32,000 nt of DNA from Staphylothermus marinus F1 (GTDB lineage: Archaea; Thermoproteota; Thermoprotei_A; Sulfolobales; Desulfurococcaceae): contig NC_009033.1 in assembly GCF_000015945.1 (NCBI RefSeq), positions 420,001 to 452,000 of the forward strand, written 5' to 3'. A program made the translations under genes and the position numbers. The notes under the pieces are model-generated. The model saw only the letters and a program-made list of their open reading frames with translations, had not been told where the DNA came from and made no database searches. Of this stretch, positions 7,623 to 16,733 are shown piece after piece (within the stretch, counting starts at the first letter, position 1; the number at the start of each line of letters is the position of its first letter).

Positions 7623-9590
7623 TTAATAATTTTTAGCTTCGCATTTCTTTTTCAAGTATTTATCGAACCATTCCTTGATCTCTTTTAATCTCTCCATTCT
7701 GTGTTTAGGCTTACCGCTTCTGCTCAGATCATGGTTTTCTCCAGGGAATATTACTAGTTTAGTATCTACCCCCTTTAATTTCAATGCTTTATACAGCATT
7801 AATGCTTGGTCAAGCCAGCAACGATAATCTTCTTGCGAATGTATTATTAGTGTTGGTGTTTCAGCGTTTTCAATGTATTTGATCGGGCTTTTCTCTAAGC
7901 ATGTCTCCGGGTTTCTCCAAGGAGTGCATCTTATCTGGTCTTCTACGAAGTAGTGTCCAATATCTGTTGTTCCATACATGCTTATCCAGTCTGATATTGA
8001 TCTCTGTGTAACAGCTGCTTTGAAGCGATTTGTATGTGTTATTATCCAGTTAGTCATGAAGCCACCATAGCTTCCTCCAGCAACACCTATTCTTTCTGGA
8101 TCTAGGAAATTGTATCTCTTCAATGCTTCATCGACTATTTCTAATAAGTCTTGATAATCTCTTTCACCATAGTGTCCACGTATATCCGCGAATTCCTCGC
8201 TGTATCCATCGCTTCCACGAGGATTGCCGTAAACGATGGCGTATCCATTACTGACAAGGTAGTGTAATTCTTCTATGAAGCTCCAGCCATAGCTTGTTTT
8301 GGGTCCGCCATGAATGTATAGGATCCACGGTATTTTATCTCCAGTTTTACTCGGATACATGATCCATGCATCGATTTCTGCTCCATCGCTAGCTTTAAAT
8401 ACAAATTTTTCAACCTTTCCCAACTCTATTCTTGATAGATAGAACTTGTTGAAGAACGATAATTTTCTCAACGAATTATTCTCGTATAGGTAGAGTTCTC
8501 TTGGCTCGTAAGGAGTCATGCCCAGTAAAGCTATTCTACCATTAAATGACACACTATAATCATCTACTACAAATCCCTCTCTACCATATACTTCTATGAA
8601 CTGGTCGGATAAGGGATTATAAGCCATAAGGTGTGTTATGCCTTTTTCGGATACTAAGAAGTACAAGTTATAGTTTCTATCCCAGTATAATTCGCGAGTA
8701 TTGCTTCGTGCTCTAACATCAGAGTTTAAAGTATTCAATACGTTTCTGTCAAGACTGCACGTAATACATTTCTCCTCTCCAGTATCTGTATTTATCAGGT
8801 ATACTTTATAATGAGTACTAAATCCTCTCTCCCGACGATGAAATATTAATGCAACATATTTATCGTCGGGAGACCATGCAGGGGTAAAATATGTTGTTAT
8901 ATTCTCCAACAATACTCTATCCTTTTTCTCGACAAGATCATATATGTGTAGCTCTGATAAGTAAGGGTTCACTCTATCCTTAGATAAAGTATAGGCTATG
9001 TATCTCCCATTATTACTCCAAGAAGCTGATCTCACAAAGATTTTTCCACTAGTTATTTTCTCATATTCTCCACTATCAGGATCAAGTATGATTAGGTGAG
9101 AAGACATATTATATACGAATCCAACACCATTAAACCATACAGGCATATCATCAATGTGTTTAACATCTTCTTCTGGTTCTCCTTCATTAATTATTGCTAA
9201 CAAGTATTTTCCATCAGGACTCCACTCTATTCTTCGAACTCCTCCTTTAAACCAAGCAACAAGTCTAGGTTCACGAGAATATTTTAGATCAAGTATATAT
9301 ATTCCGTTTCCACGATCATTTTCTGATTCTGCATCTCTCCTACTTATAAAAGCTAGTTTCTCACCTCTCCGATCAGGCTCTGGGCTCTGATCCGTTGGAC
9401 CCTTCGTTATCGGTGCATAATTATTTGTTGAGAGATCATAAAGCCAAATATTTGTTTCGTATCTATCCTTATCCATATTAATGCTTGTTAATGTGAAGAA
9501 TATCTTGTCTCCATTAACTGTTATTATTGGTGAAGAAACTATTTTGAGGTGAGCTAGGTCTTCCGGTTTATTCAACTCAGTTCTCCTCAA
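7623..9590 (-). CDS. S9 family serine peptidase (acylaminoacyl-peptidase / prolyl oligopeptidase type)
   Basis: 655 aa. The N-terminal half has beta-propeller-like repeats (EWSPDGKYLL, ASWSNNGRYIAY, PAWSPDDKYVAL). The C-terminal hydrolase domain has nucleophile elbow GGSYGGFMT, later HSQEDYRC and GENHDL. Confidence 0.85.
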   Translation of the reverse strand: MRRTELNKPEDLAHLKIVSSPIITVNGDKIFFTLTSINMDKDRYETNIWLYDLSTNNYAPITKGPTDQSPEPDRRGEKLAFISRRDAESENDRGNGIYILDLKYSREPRLVAWFKGGVRRIEWSPDGKYLLAIINEGEPEEDVKHIDDMPVWFNGVGFVYNMSSHLIILDPDSGEYEKITSGKIFVRSASWSNNGRYIAYTLSKDRVNPYLSELHIYDLVEKKDRVLLENITTYFTPAWSPDDKYVALIFHRRERGFSTHYKVYLINTDTGEEKCITCSLDRNVLNTLNSDVRARSNTRELYWDRNYNLYFLVSEKGITHLMAYNPLSDQFIEVYGREGFVVDDYSVSFNGRIALLGMTPYEPRELYLYENNSLRKLSFFNKFYLSRIELGKVEKFVFKASDGAEIDAWIMYPSKTGDKIPWILYIHGGPKTSYGWSFIEELHYLVSNGYAIVYGNPRGSDGYSEEFADIRGHYGERDYQDLLEIVDEALKRYNFLDPERIGVAGGSYGGFMTNWIITHTNRFKAAVTQRSISDWISMYGTTDIGHYFVEDQIRCTPWRNPETCLEKSPIKYIENAETPTLIIHSQEDYRCWLDQALMLYKALKLKGVDTKLVIFPGENHDLSRSGKPKHRMERLKEIKEWFDKYLKKKCEAKNY

Positions 9591-9706
9591 ATTCTTGTCT
9601 ATAATAATATTTTATTTTCCCTCCTAGAAAAATAGCTTTACATGAATACTTACCCAGTGAACCGGGCAGGGTAAAAACAGCGTAGTTTTATGGTGGATAG
9701 TGAGAG

Positions 9707-11053
9707 ATGAGTATATCAATACCTTTGCCGAGGTTTTTTGATCGCGAACTATTGTCTAGAGTTGTTAGTATAAGTTTACCGATGATCATTAGTGAATTAA
9801 GTAATAGTATTTATGCAATAACTGATACTTATTTTGTTAAAGGTCTTGGTACTGTTGCTTTAGCAGGTGTAGGTTTAGGTAGTTATTTGTCATGGCTTTT
9901 CTTTGTTGTCTTATCGCTTTTCTATAATGGTGTATTAATATATGTGGCTCAATCATATGGTGCCGGTAAACTAGTATATGCTAGAAGGGGGTTGAGCGAG
10001 GCAATAGTTTACGGCACAATAATAGTATTTGCAATTTCATTTTTTGGATATATTTTTGGAGGATATATTTTAATGCTACAAGCTGGGGGAACAGGTCCTG
10101 TATGGGAAGCTGCAAAAGCTTATTTTAGTATCCGTGTTCTAGGATTGCCGATCAGCCTTATAGCGTGGTCAATGGATGCTGGTCTCAGAGCTATTGGAGC
10201 AACAAAGCAGTCAATGTATGTTAATCTTTATAGTGTAGGATTAAACATTGTGCTGGATCCACTATTTATATATGGGTACGCTGGTTTTCCAAGATTAGGC
10301 GTCGTTGGTGCTGCTTTAGCAACTGTTATATCTATTGCTTTAATGATACCATTAGAATACTATTATTTAGCTAAACATACACTAGCCCCTAACAAGATTT
10401 ATAAACCGAAAATAGTCTTCAAGATCATGGATTTAGGCTTACCAGTTATGATTGAAAGACTGATTTTTGCAGCTGGAAACAATGTTTATATATCTCTTAT
10501 ATCTAGATGTGGAGAAGCAGCTTTAGCCGCTCATCAAATAGGGGTACGTATTGAGAGCTTAATATATATGCCAGGATTTGCATTCTCAATGGCTGCATCA
10601 GCACTGGTGGGGCAAGAGATAGGTGCTGAAAATATTAGTGGTGGGAGGAGAATAGGTTGGGAAACAATTAAGCTCGGAGTACTCTTTATTACATTGACAG
10701 GTTTAATTGTAGCCGCTACATCATATTATATAACCATGCCTTTTGCAACGGATCCTGTGGTACACAAGCTTGCATCGATATATTTGATCATAGCTGGTTT
10801 AAGCGAGTTAGGGCTGGGATTAGCTATGGTAATTGGTGGAGCAATAAGAGGAGCGGGGAATACGAGAATACCTCTCATAATTAATGCTGGAAGCCTCTAC
10901 CTATCCAGGATAATCCCAGCAATGATCCTAGTTAATTATCTAGGGGTCCTAGGTCCCTGGCTAGCAATGTTTATAGATGTATATGTTCGAGGAATAATAT
11001 TCTTAATAATATTTACTAGGTATTTCGAGAAATTAGCTAGGAAGATCGTGTAA
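9707..11053 (+). CDS. MATE family efflux transporter
   Basis: 448 aa, about 12 TM helices. Contains PMIISELSNSIYAITDTYFVKGLG and AAHQIGVRIESL blocks, characteristic of the two MATE half-repeats. Confidence 0.85.
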   Translation: MSISIPLPRFFDRELLSRVVSISLPMIISELSNSIYAITDTYFVKGLGTVALAGVGLGSYLSWLFFVVLSLFYNGVLIYVAQSYGAGKLVYARRGLSEAIVYGTIIVFAISFFGYIFGGYILMLQAGGTGPVWEAAKAYFSIRVLGLPISLIAWSMDAGLRAIGATKQSMYVNLYSVGLNIVLDPLFIYGYAGFPRLGVVGAALATVISIALMIPLEYYYLAKHTLAPNKIYKPKIVFKIMDLGLPVMIERLIFAAGNNVYISLISRCGEAALAAHQIGVRIESLIYMPGFAFSMAASALVGQEIGAENISGGRRIGWETIKLGVLFITLTGLIVAATSYYITMPFATDPVVHKLASIYLIIAGLSELGLGLAMVIGGAIRGAGNTRIPLIINAGSLYLSRIIPAMILVNYLGVLGPWLAMFIDVYVRGIIFLIIFTRYFEKLARKIV

Positions 11054-11088
11054 AAATATCTATTCTTACAAGTATAGTACTTGTATAT

Positions 11089-11243
11089 GGGAGATGAAGA
11101 AGTTACGCACTCGTCAACCCCGCTTAGGGGGATGCACGAGCCCACTCCGCAGATCCCCTGGTTGAAATGATGAGAATTGGTCTTTGAGGAAACCCTCGAT
11201 GATTGAGGGTGATGCTTGAGGGAACGAATGCTGATCTTTCCCA
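11089..11243 (+). ncRNA. Candidate structured sRNA with C/D-box-like motifs (GC-rich island)
   Basis: A GC-rich island in an AT-rich spacer. 5' GGGAGA can pair with 3' TCTTTCCC. It contains AATGATGA (11166-11173), hairpin CCCTC-GATGATT-GAGGG, GTGATGC and CTGA (11231-11234). Box spacings are not canonical. Strand and ends are tentative. Confidence 0.35.
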
Positions 11244-11285
11244 ACAAATCTTTATTCTTAGCAATTGTAATATATAGAGTAATAC

Positions 11286-12248
11286 ATGGGATTCCCAGGT
11301 GGTTCGCTTACAATGTATAATGATTGGACTGAACAATTAGAGTATAGAATAGGTAAATATATAATAGGCGGTAAGCCAGGTAAAAACCCTGCATGGCTTA
11401 TTGGATCAATATTTTATCTAGGAGACAAGCTTTTACTCAGTGAGAAAGGAGATTTTGATAAGGAAAAAGCTAAAGCGAAAATCGAGGAAGCTATAAATAT
11501 TGCTGAAAACTACTCATTAGTTTTCGGATTAGACGTTGTATTTCCCAGTATTGAAAGCATTGATAAAATATTACCATTTATATCAGAATATGATATCCCT
11601 ATATTTCTTGACAGCCCAGACCCAATTATTAGAGCTAAAAGCTATCTAGTAGCTAAAGAGCTTGGAATAAATGATAAAATCATAGCTAACGGAATCTTCA
11701 TAGATAGCCCTGAGGAAGAAATAAATGCATTAAGAGATGGTGGGATAAAAACATCAGTAATAATGGCTTTTGATCCTAGAAACCCGTTGAAATCAATTAA
11801 TCCATTAGAGAGGCTAAGACTCCTAGAAACCGTCCTTTTGCCTCTCGCTGAAAAAGCCGGTGTTGAACAAGTTCTTGTCGACGCTATAGTAATCGATCCT
11901 GCAAGTATAGCGTTTAGTGCTGAAACAATATTTGAGACCAAGAAGAGATTTGGTTATCCAAGTGGTTGTGCACCAGCCAATGCTCTCGGACCTGTATCTA
12001 AGTCTAAAACTAGTATTGGAGAAATGTATGGCGTACATGGAGGCGTCGCTGTCTATTTAAGAATTCATGGAGCAGACTATATCATGTATGGTCCCATATC
12101 TAGGATCAAATACGTTGCTCCAGCAGTAGCTATGGCTGATTCATTGCTTGGATATAGTCTTAGAAGAAAAGGAGAAAAAATCTCTAGTAATCATCCAATA
12201 AAGAAGATGCTTAGAAAAGTACAGAAACTATTTGCTACCTCTAAGTGA
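11286..12248 (+). CDS. MtrH-family methyltransferase (methyl-pterin:corrinoid methyltransferase-like)
   Basis: Blocks IGGKPGKNPAWLIGSIFY, IFLDSPDP, YGPISRIKYVAPAVAMADSL and NHPIKKML align with the hallmark blocks of tetrahydromethanopterin S-methyltransferase subunit H as I recall them. The start may be the second ATG (MYNDW, 11313). Confidence 0.8.
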   Translation: MGFPGGSLTMYNDWTEQLEYRIGKYIIGGKPGKNPAWLIGSIFYLGDKLLLSEKGDFDKEKAKAKIEEAINIAENYSLVFGLDVVFPSIESIDKILPFISEYDIPIFLDSPDPIIRAKSYLVAKELGINDKIIANGIFIDSPEEEINALRDGGIKTSVIMAFDPRNPLKSINPLERLRLLETVLLPLAEKAGVEQVLVDAIVIDPASIAFSAETIFETKKRFGYPSGCAPANALGPVSKSKTSIGEMYGVHGGVAVYLRIHGADYIMYGPISRIKYVAPAVAMADSLLGYSLRRKGEKISSNHPIKKMLRKVQKLFATSK

Positions 12249-13865
12249 AACTATGTTTAAACTATTAATCCACGTCCTCATATAGTCTTCTTCTTCAGCC
12301 AAGTTTATATGAATAATCTTCTCCAGAATAGATCTATACATCTTAAACATGTTAGAATCAAGCACCATAACTTTCAAACCAGATAAAACCATGTTTCCAG
12401 CATAAGCTAACCTATCATCCTCTACTACAGGTACAAGACCTAAATCGATAAGATCACTGGATTCAATATTTGAGCCGAAGCTCCCAGCAATAATTACATG
12501 TTCTAAATCTTCACATTTAATCCCAGCTTTTCTACATAGTATTATCCAAGCTGTTTTAACTGCTGCATAAGCTTTCTGAAACTCCCTTAGATCCTTCTGT
12601 GTAAAGAATACATGATTTTCCTTGTCGATAATATATGTTTTAATATTATTGATGCGTTTATAGCCTTTAAGAAACCTGCCTTTCTCATCAATGTATTTAT
12701 GGCGGAGGAGTTCAGCAACTAAACTAATAATTCCTGTTCCAAGCAATCCATATGGTTTATTAATGTATTTATAATTGAAAACTGGTTCGCCATTTTTGGA
12801 ATCAACGATCTCAACTTTATATATTCCGCCGTAAACAATCGATGATCCTCTGGCTAAGTGTCCCTCGAAAGCTGGTCCAGCAGGTGTGCTCGTAGCATAT
12901 ATTTTATCACTGGTTACAAGTAATACTTCAGTATTTGTTCCCAAATCTATAATCATGTATGGCTTCTTCAATGCTAACTTGAGAGACGCTATTAGTTCAG
13001 AATAAGCATCTCCTCCAACATAACCCGCTATTAGGGGGGCTAGTATTGTTGGCTTATTATATGTATATGTTAGGAAGGGGCCGTGAAATAGTGGTTGAAA
13101 TGGCTTTTCAGCCAATGTTTCTATTGGGAGACCTAAATATAGATGCTCCATAACACTGTTCCCAGCAATAAATATTGATCCAGTATTGAATTCTTCAGCA
13201 ATACTGTTAGCTTCTTTTCTAAGCATTAAACTCATTTCTTGGAGACTTTCAGGTTTTTCTAGAACATTAGTTATTCTTGTAATTATATCTGCACCGTAAA
13301 TGTTGAGTGGATTAATACTTATTTTCTCATCAATTACCTCTCCATTAATTGTTATTGCTTGATATGCTATCTTAGTTGTTCCTAGATCAATCAATAATAT
13401 TTTTTCAGGGTCCCCTGTCGTGGAAAGGACGGTATCTTCTAAAAATATATAATTAGATGGTCTCGGCTCATTTATTACTACATAGTTTTTGTTTCTATAT
13501 GGTAGCTTTTCTAAACGAGCAATTTTGATTATAGGATTTATTTGTTTAAGCGGGATATTTATCGAGTATTTTGGAACACTAATTATTCTCGGCTTCTCGG
13601 CTTCAACAACGAGGTCCCCCATTACTAGTACTTGGCAAGCTAGTCTCTCATCTCCCCTTAATCCATGAACAACTTCGTTTCCAGTTATAGGATTCGTTTC
13701 TCCATATACTTTTACTCTACATAATCCGCATAATCCTCTGCCGCCGCATGGTAATGGTATGATGCTTTTTGATGCTAGTATTAATCCTAAATTATCTCCT
13801 TTACACGCGGGTATTTCTCCGTAGCCAACAACTTTTATAGTTACTTTTTCACAGTTTTTATGCAT
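12228..13865 (-). CDS. Reductive activase of corrinoid enzymes (RACE/RamA-RACo type: N-terminal 2Fe-2S ferredoxin plus ASKHA ATPase, DUF4445)
   Basis: N-terminal PCGGRGLCGLCRV...LACQV is a plant-type 2Fe-2S motif. It is followed by ASKHA phosphate motifs LLIDLGTTKIAY and MIIDLGTNTEV. It overlaps the upstream corrinoid-protein gene by 8 nt. Confidence 0.8.
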   Translation of the reverse strand: MHKNCEKVTIKVVGYGEIPACKGDNLGLILASKSIIPLPCGGRGLCGLCRVKVYGETNPITGNEVVHGLRGDERLACQVLVMGDLVVEAEKPRIISVPKYSINIPLKQINPIIKIARLEKLPYRNKNYVVINEPRPSNYIFLEDTVLSTTGDPEKILLIDLGTTKIAYQAITINGEVIDEKISINPLNIYGADIITRITNVLEKPESLQEMSLMLRKEANSIAEEFNTGSIFIAGNSVMEHLYLGLPIETLAEKPFQPLFHGPFLTYTYNKPTILAPLIAGYVGGDAYSELIASLKLALKKPYMIIDLGTNTEVLLVTSDKIYATSTPAGPAFEGHLARGSSIVYGGIYKVEIVDSKNGEPVFNYKYINKPYGLLGTGIISLVAELLRHKYIDEKGRFLKGYKRINNIKTYIIDKENHVFFTQKDLREFQKAYAAVKTAWIILCRKAGIKCEDLEHVIIAGSFGSNIESSDLIDLGLVPVVEDDRLAYAGNMVLSGLKVMVLDSNMFKMYRSILEKIIHINLAEEEDYMRTWINSLNIVSLRGSK

Positions 13866-14529
13866 CTATATACTCCTCAGCAATCTTATTCACAAGCTTC
13901 ACAGCCTCGATAGCGTTGGGAGCCCAGCCATCCGCACCAATTTTTTCCGCGAATTCCCTAGTAGTAGCTGCTCCTCCTACTAAAACTTTTACTTTCTCCC
14001 TTAAACCATTCTTTTCTAACTCCTCAATTATTACTCTCATATATCTCGCAGTTGTAGATAGTAACGCACTTAAACCAATTATTTGAGGCTTATATTTTAT
14101 GATTGCATCAATTATTTTTTCAGCATCAACATCAACACCTAGATCAATCACTTCATGCCCAGCTGCTTGCAACATAACTCCCACAAGTGTTTTACCTATA
14201 TCATGTATATCTCCCTTAACAGTTGCCAATACTATTCTTAGCCTCTTCCTACCCTGAGCCATAGATTTAGCTTCTAATCTCAACCTTGGCTCCAATATCT
14301 TCATTGCCTCCTTAAATATGTCTGCTGCCTCCATAAGCTCCGCTATAAAATATTCTCCCTCCTCATATAATCTGCCGATCTCCTCCATAGCTTTACTCAT
14401 AGGTCCAAGCACAATATCTAAAGCTTTAACCCCCATATCCAACAGTTTTATAACATTATCCAATACACAGTCCTTATCCAAATCTACAAGACAATTGTAG
14501 AGCTTATCAAATAACTCCTCAACACTCAC
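13858..14529 (-). CDS. Corrinoid (cobalamin-binding) methyl-carrier protein
   Basis: 223 aa. It has an N-terminal helical cap domain and a Rossmann-type B12 domain with the DxHxxG motif (GDIHDIGK), SALLSTT and VLVGGAA. Confidence 0.85.
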   Translation of the reverse strand: MSVEELFDKLYNCLVDLDKDCVLDNVIKLLDMGVKALDIVLGPMSKAMEEIGRLYEEGEYFIAELMEAADIFKEAMKILEPRLRLEAKSMAQGRKRLRIVLATVKGDIHDIGKTLVGVMLQAAGHEVIDLGVDVDAEKIIDAIIKYKPQIIGLSALLSTTARYMRVIIEELEKNGLREKVKVLVGGAATTREFAEKIGADGWAPNAIEAVKLVNKIAEEYIDA

Positions 14530-14619
14530 ATCATCGCACCTAACCTATAACCATAGTATTTTATACTATAAGCATTTATTCTAAGAAAAACACATACTAT
14601 TTAAAAACTCAGTAAGTGA

Positions 14620-15612
14620 TTGAAAATGTATGGGAAGATTAGGACAAGCCATGTTGGAAGCTTTCCTCTTCCTCACAGCTTAGATAATCTTAGGATGATC
14701 ATAGATGATTTATGGAGAATTAAACTAGATGCACCACCATATCCTCAGCTGAGAAGCTTTATAGACATATATCTCAAACCCTTAGCAGATAAGGGGTTAT
14801 TAAAGGAAAAGAACGGGTTTTATTTCTTAGAATCTAAGGAGTCATTTAAGGATATAGAATATTTAGAGCCAAGCATTAATGAAGCAGAATATATGATAAA
14901 GTATCTTGAAGAGAAAAAATATGGTTTTAAATGGCTCAGAGCACCTGTAACAGGAGCTTTTACCTTAGCATCTAGAATATACTTATCCAAAGACATAAGT
15001 GTGGGGCTACATGGAACGCTTCTCCGAAAAAAATCCCTGATAGAATACATTGTAGAATATGTTAGAAAACATATCACATATATGAGCAGGTTAGGCTATA
15101 ACATATTATTTATTGATGAACCAGTCCTCGGAGTCATTGTTGGTAAGAGAAGAATACTGTTCGGCTTCTCCCAAGAAGAAATCATAGAAATAATAAATCA
15201 TATATTCTCAAAAGCACCAGGTGAACACGGCATACATGTATGCGGGAGAATATCGCCTAAACTATTCGAAACATTAGCAATCACGGATAAACTAGACATT
15301 CTAAACTTCGAATTCCACGATAACCCCATGAACATCGAATCAATAAATCCAAGCCTGTTAGAGGAGAATAATAAAGTTCTAGCTCCGGGAATTGCTAGTG
15401 CTAAGAAACCAGTTATTGAACCATATGATGAACTAAGTGATTTACTCAGGAAGATAGGTGAAAAAACCATGTGGAGAATAGACTTAGTCTCAGCAGATTG
15501 CGGCTTCGGCGGATTGGCTACAGACTCAGGCGATCCATATAAAGCATACCGTATAGGATTAGAGAAGCTACATAGGATAATTGAAGTAGTAAGGCTTCTC
15601 CAAAAGAAATAG
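14620..15612 (+). CDS. Core MetE-type (Meth_synt_2-like) zinc methyltransferase lacking the N-terminal folate-binding half
   Basis: 330 aa. Contains TSHVGSFPLP, LFIDEPVL, IHVCGR (His-x-Cys), NFEF and SADCGFGGL. These correspond to the substrate and Zn-ligand blocks of the cobalamin-independent methionine synthase catalytic domain. The likely true start is ATG 14626, about 25 nt downstream of CTATTTAAAA. Confidence 0.75.
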   Translation: MKMYGKIRTSHVGSFPLPHSLDNLRMIIDDLWRIKLDAPPYPQLRSFIDIYLKPLADKGLLKEKNGFYFLESKESFKDIEYLEPSINEAEYMIKYLEEKKYGFKWLRAPVTGAFTLASRIYLSKDISVGLHGTLLRKKSLIEYIVEYVRKHITYMSRLGYNILFIDEPVLGVIVGKRRILFGFSQEEIIEIINHIFSKAPGEHGIHVCGRISPKLFETLAITDKLDILNFEFHDNPMNIESINPSLLEENNKVLAPGIASAKKPVIEPYDELSDLLRKIGEKTMWRIDLVSADCGFGGLATDSGDPYKAYRIGLEKLHRIIEVVRLLQKK

Positions 15613-16318
15613 TCATGCATACTTCATAAATACACGTATGCCCTCAATGGGTTCTAGGGGAGTGGACAATACTACGCCATCACTGAGCCCTCTCAACGCC
15701 TCCAAACGATCCTTTAACTCTTCAGAACTTATAAATGGTTGATTAAGCTTGACAAACAATTCCTTATTCTTACCAATCCCTAAAAGAATAAATACATAAT
15801 ATTTTCACACCTAACCTACTAGCTTCCCGATAAATCATGCTAAGCAACTGGTCCTTACTTGCATCGTAGTTTATTGCATGATAAAAATCTGCTCCAAGCC
15901 TTATTCTCTCCATTATCTTTTCAAACGGGTATCTTAAACTAATAATTGCCCCTTTCCTAAACCTATAGTTTTTCTTTTTAAGCAGACCAAGTGCTTCCTC
16001 CGTACCTATATCCTCAACTATTCTCCCTTGCCATGGCTTATCTCCTCTAAGTAGAACTAATCCATCCAAACCATATGCTTCTACCGCATTAGCAATTGAT
16101 AAAAGCGCTAACCTGTTTATATCATATAGTCTTACATGAGGAAATGTTTTCAGATCATACTTATATTTAAGATACATTGCAGTAGCCAAACTATATATAC
16201 CAGGATAACCTCCAGGGCCTTCTGGAATAGTGTAAATACTAAAGAAATCCTTTGCTAAATCAACAATTTCATCTACTAATTTCTTTTTCCAAGGAACAAG
16301 TTCGAATAAATACTCCAT
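15613..16318 (-). pseudogene. MetF/MTHFR-like reductase interrupted by a 1-nt frameshift (track ORF 15770..16318 plus a 61-codon continuation)
   Basis: FELVP..., PHVRLYDINR and GLVLLRGDKP resemble the MTHFR blocks (FEFFPP, LALRGD.P). After ...SRLGVK the frame shifts at the A-run (T-run 15802-15805 on the + strand). The shifted frame stays open for 61 protein-like codons (YYVFILLGIGKNKELFVKLNQPFISSEELKDRLEALRGLSDGVVLSTPLEPIEGIRVFMKYA) and stops at 15613-15615. Confidence 0.6.
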
Positions 16319-16466
16319 TACTTATTCACCGTTTAAACAATATTATTTATTATAGCTATGTTTAAGAATCATGGAAAAATAATACTTACGCTACTGTAAG
16401 TCGTTTGAAATCATAAATATTTATCTTATCTTGCTAACTAAATCTATGATGCTTACTTCCAAGACA

Positions 16467-16733
16467 TTATCCTCCTGATACAGGGGGGAGAATTGTGACT
16501 AAGTCGTTGTCTTTTAGTATATAGTTTTTCCTTCCAGGTCTTCCATTGACCAGTATTATGAAGGGGTTATTGTCACTAAAAATATTGCTTAGATATTTCT
16601 CTGCTTCTCTATGTTTAAGGATGATCATTCTTACTAGGTTTTCTAAAGTAGTTTCTCTATCTAGTTTGAATTCTTCTTGTTCTATTCCTATTTTCTCGCG
16701 TAGCCATAGCATATATTTAACTTTGATTCTCAT
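16467..16733 (-). CDS. MoaD/ThiS-family ubiquitin-like small protein (C-terminal GG)
   Basis: 88 aa, ending ...LVTILPPVSGG followed directly by the stop codon. Size is appropriate for a beta-grasp protein. Confidence 0.75.
   Translation of the reverse strand: MRIKVKYMLWLREKIGIEQEEFKLDRETTLENLVRMIILKHREAEKYLSNIFSDNNPFIILVNGRPGRKNYILKDNDLVTILPPVSGG

Noticed and set aside
10936-11336. Track ORFs 10936..11247(-) and 11124..11336(-) spanning the MATE 3' end, the GC island and the MtrH-like 5' end
   Set aside because: They overlap well-supported genes on the opposite strand and the GC-rich RNA-like island. Their sequences are low-information.
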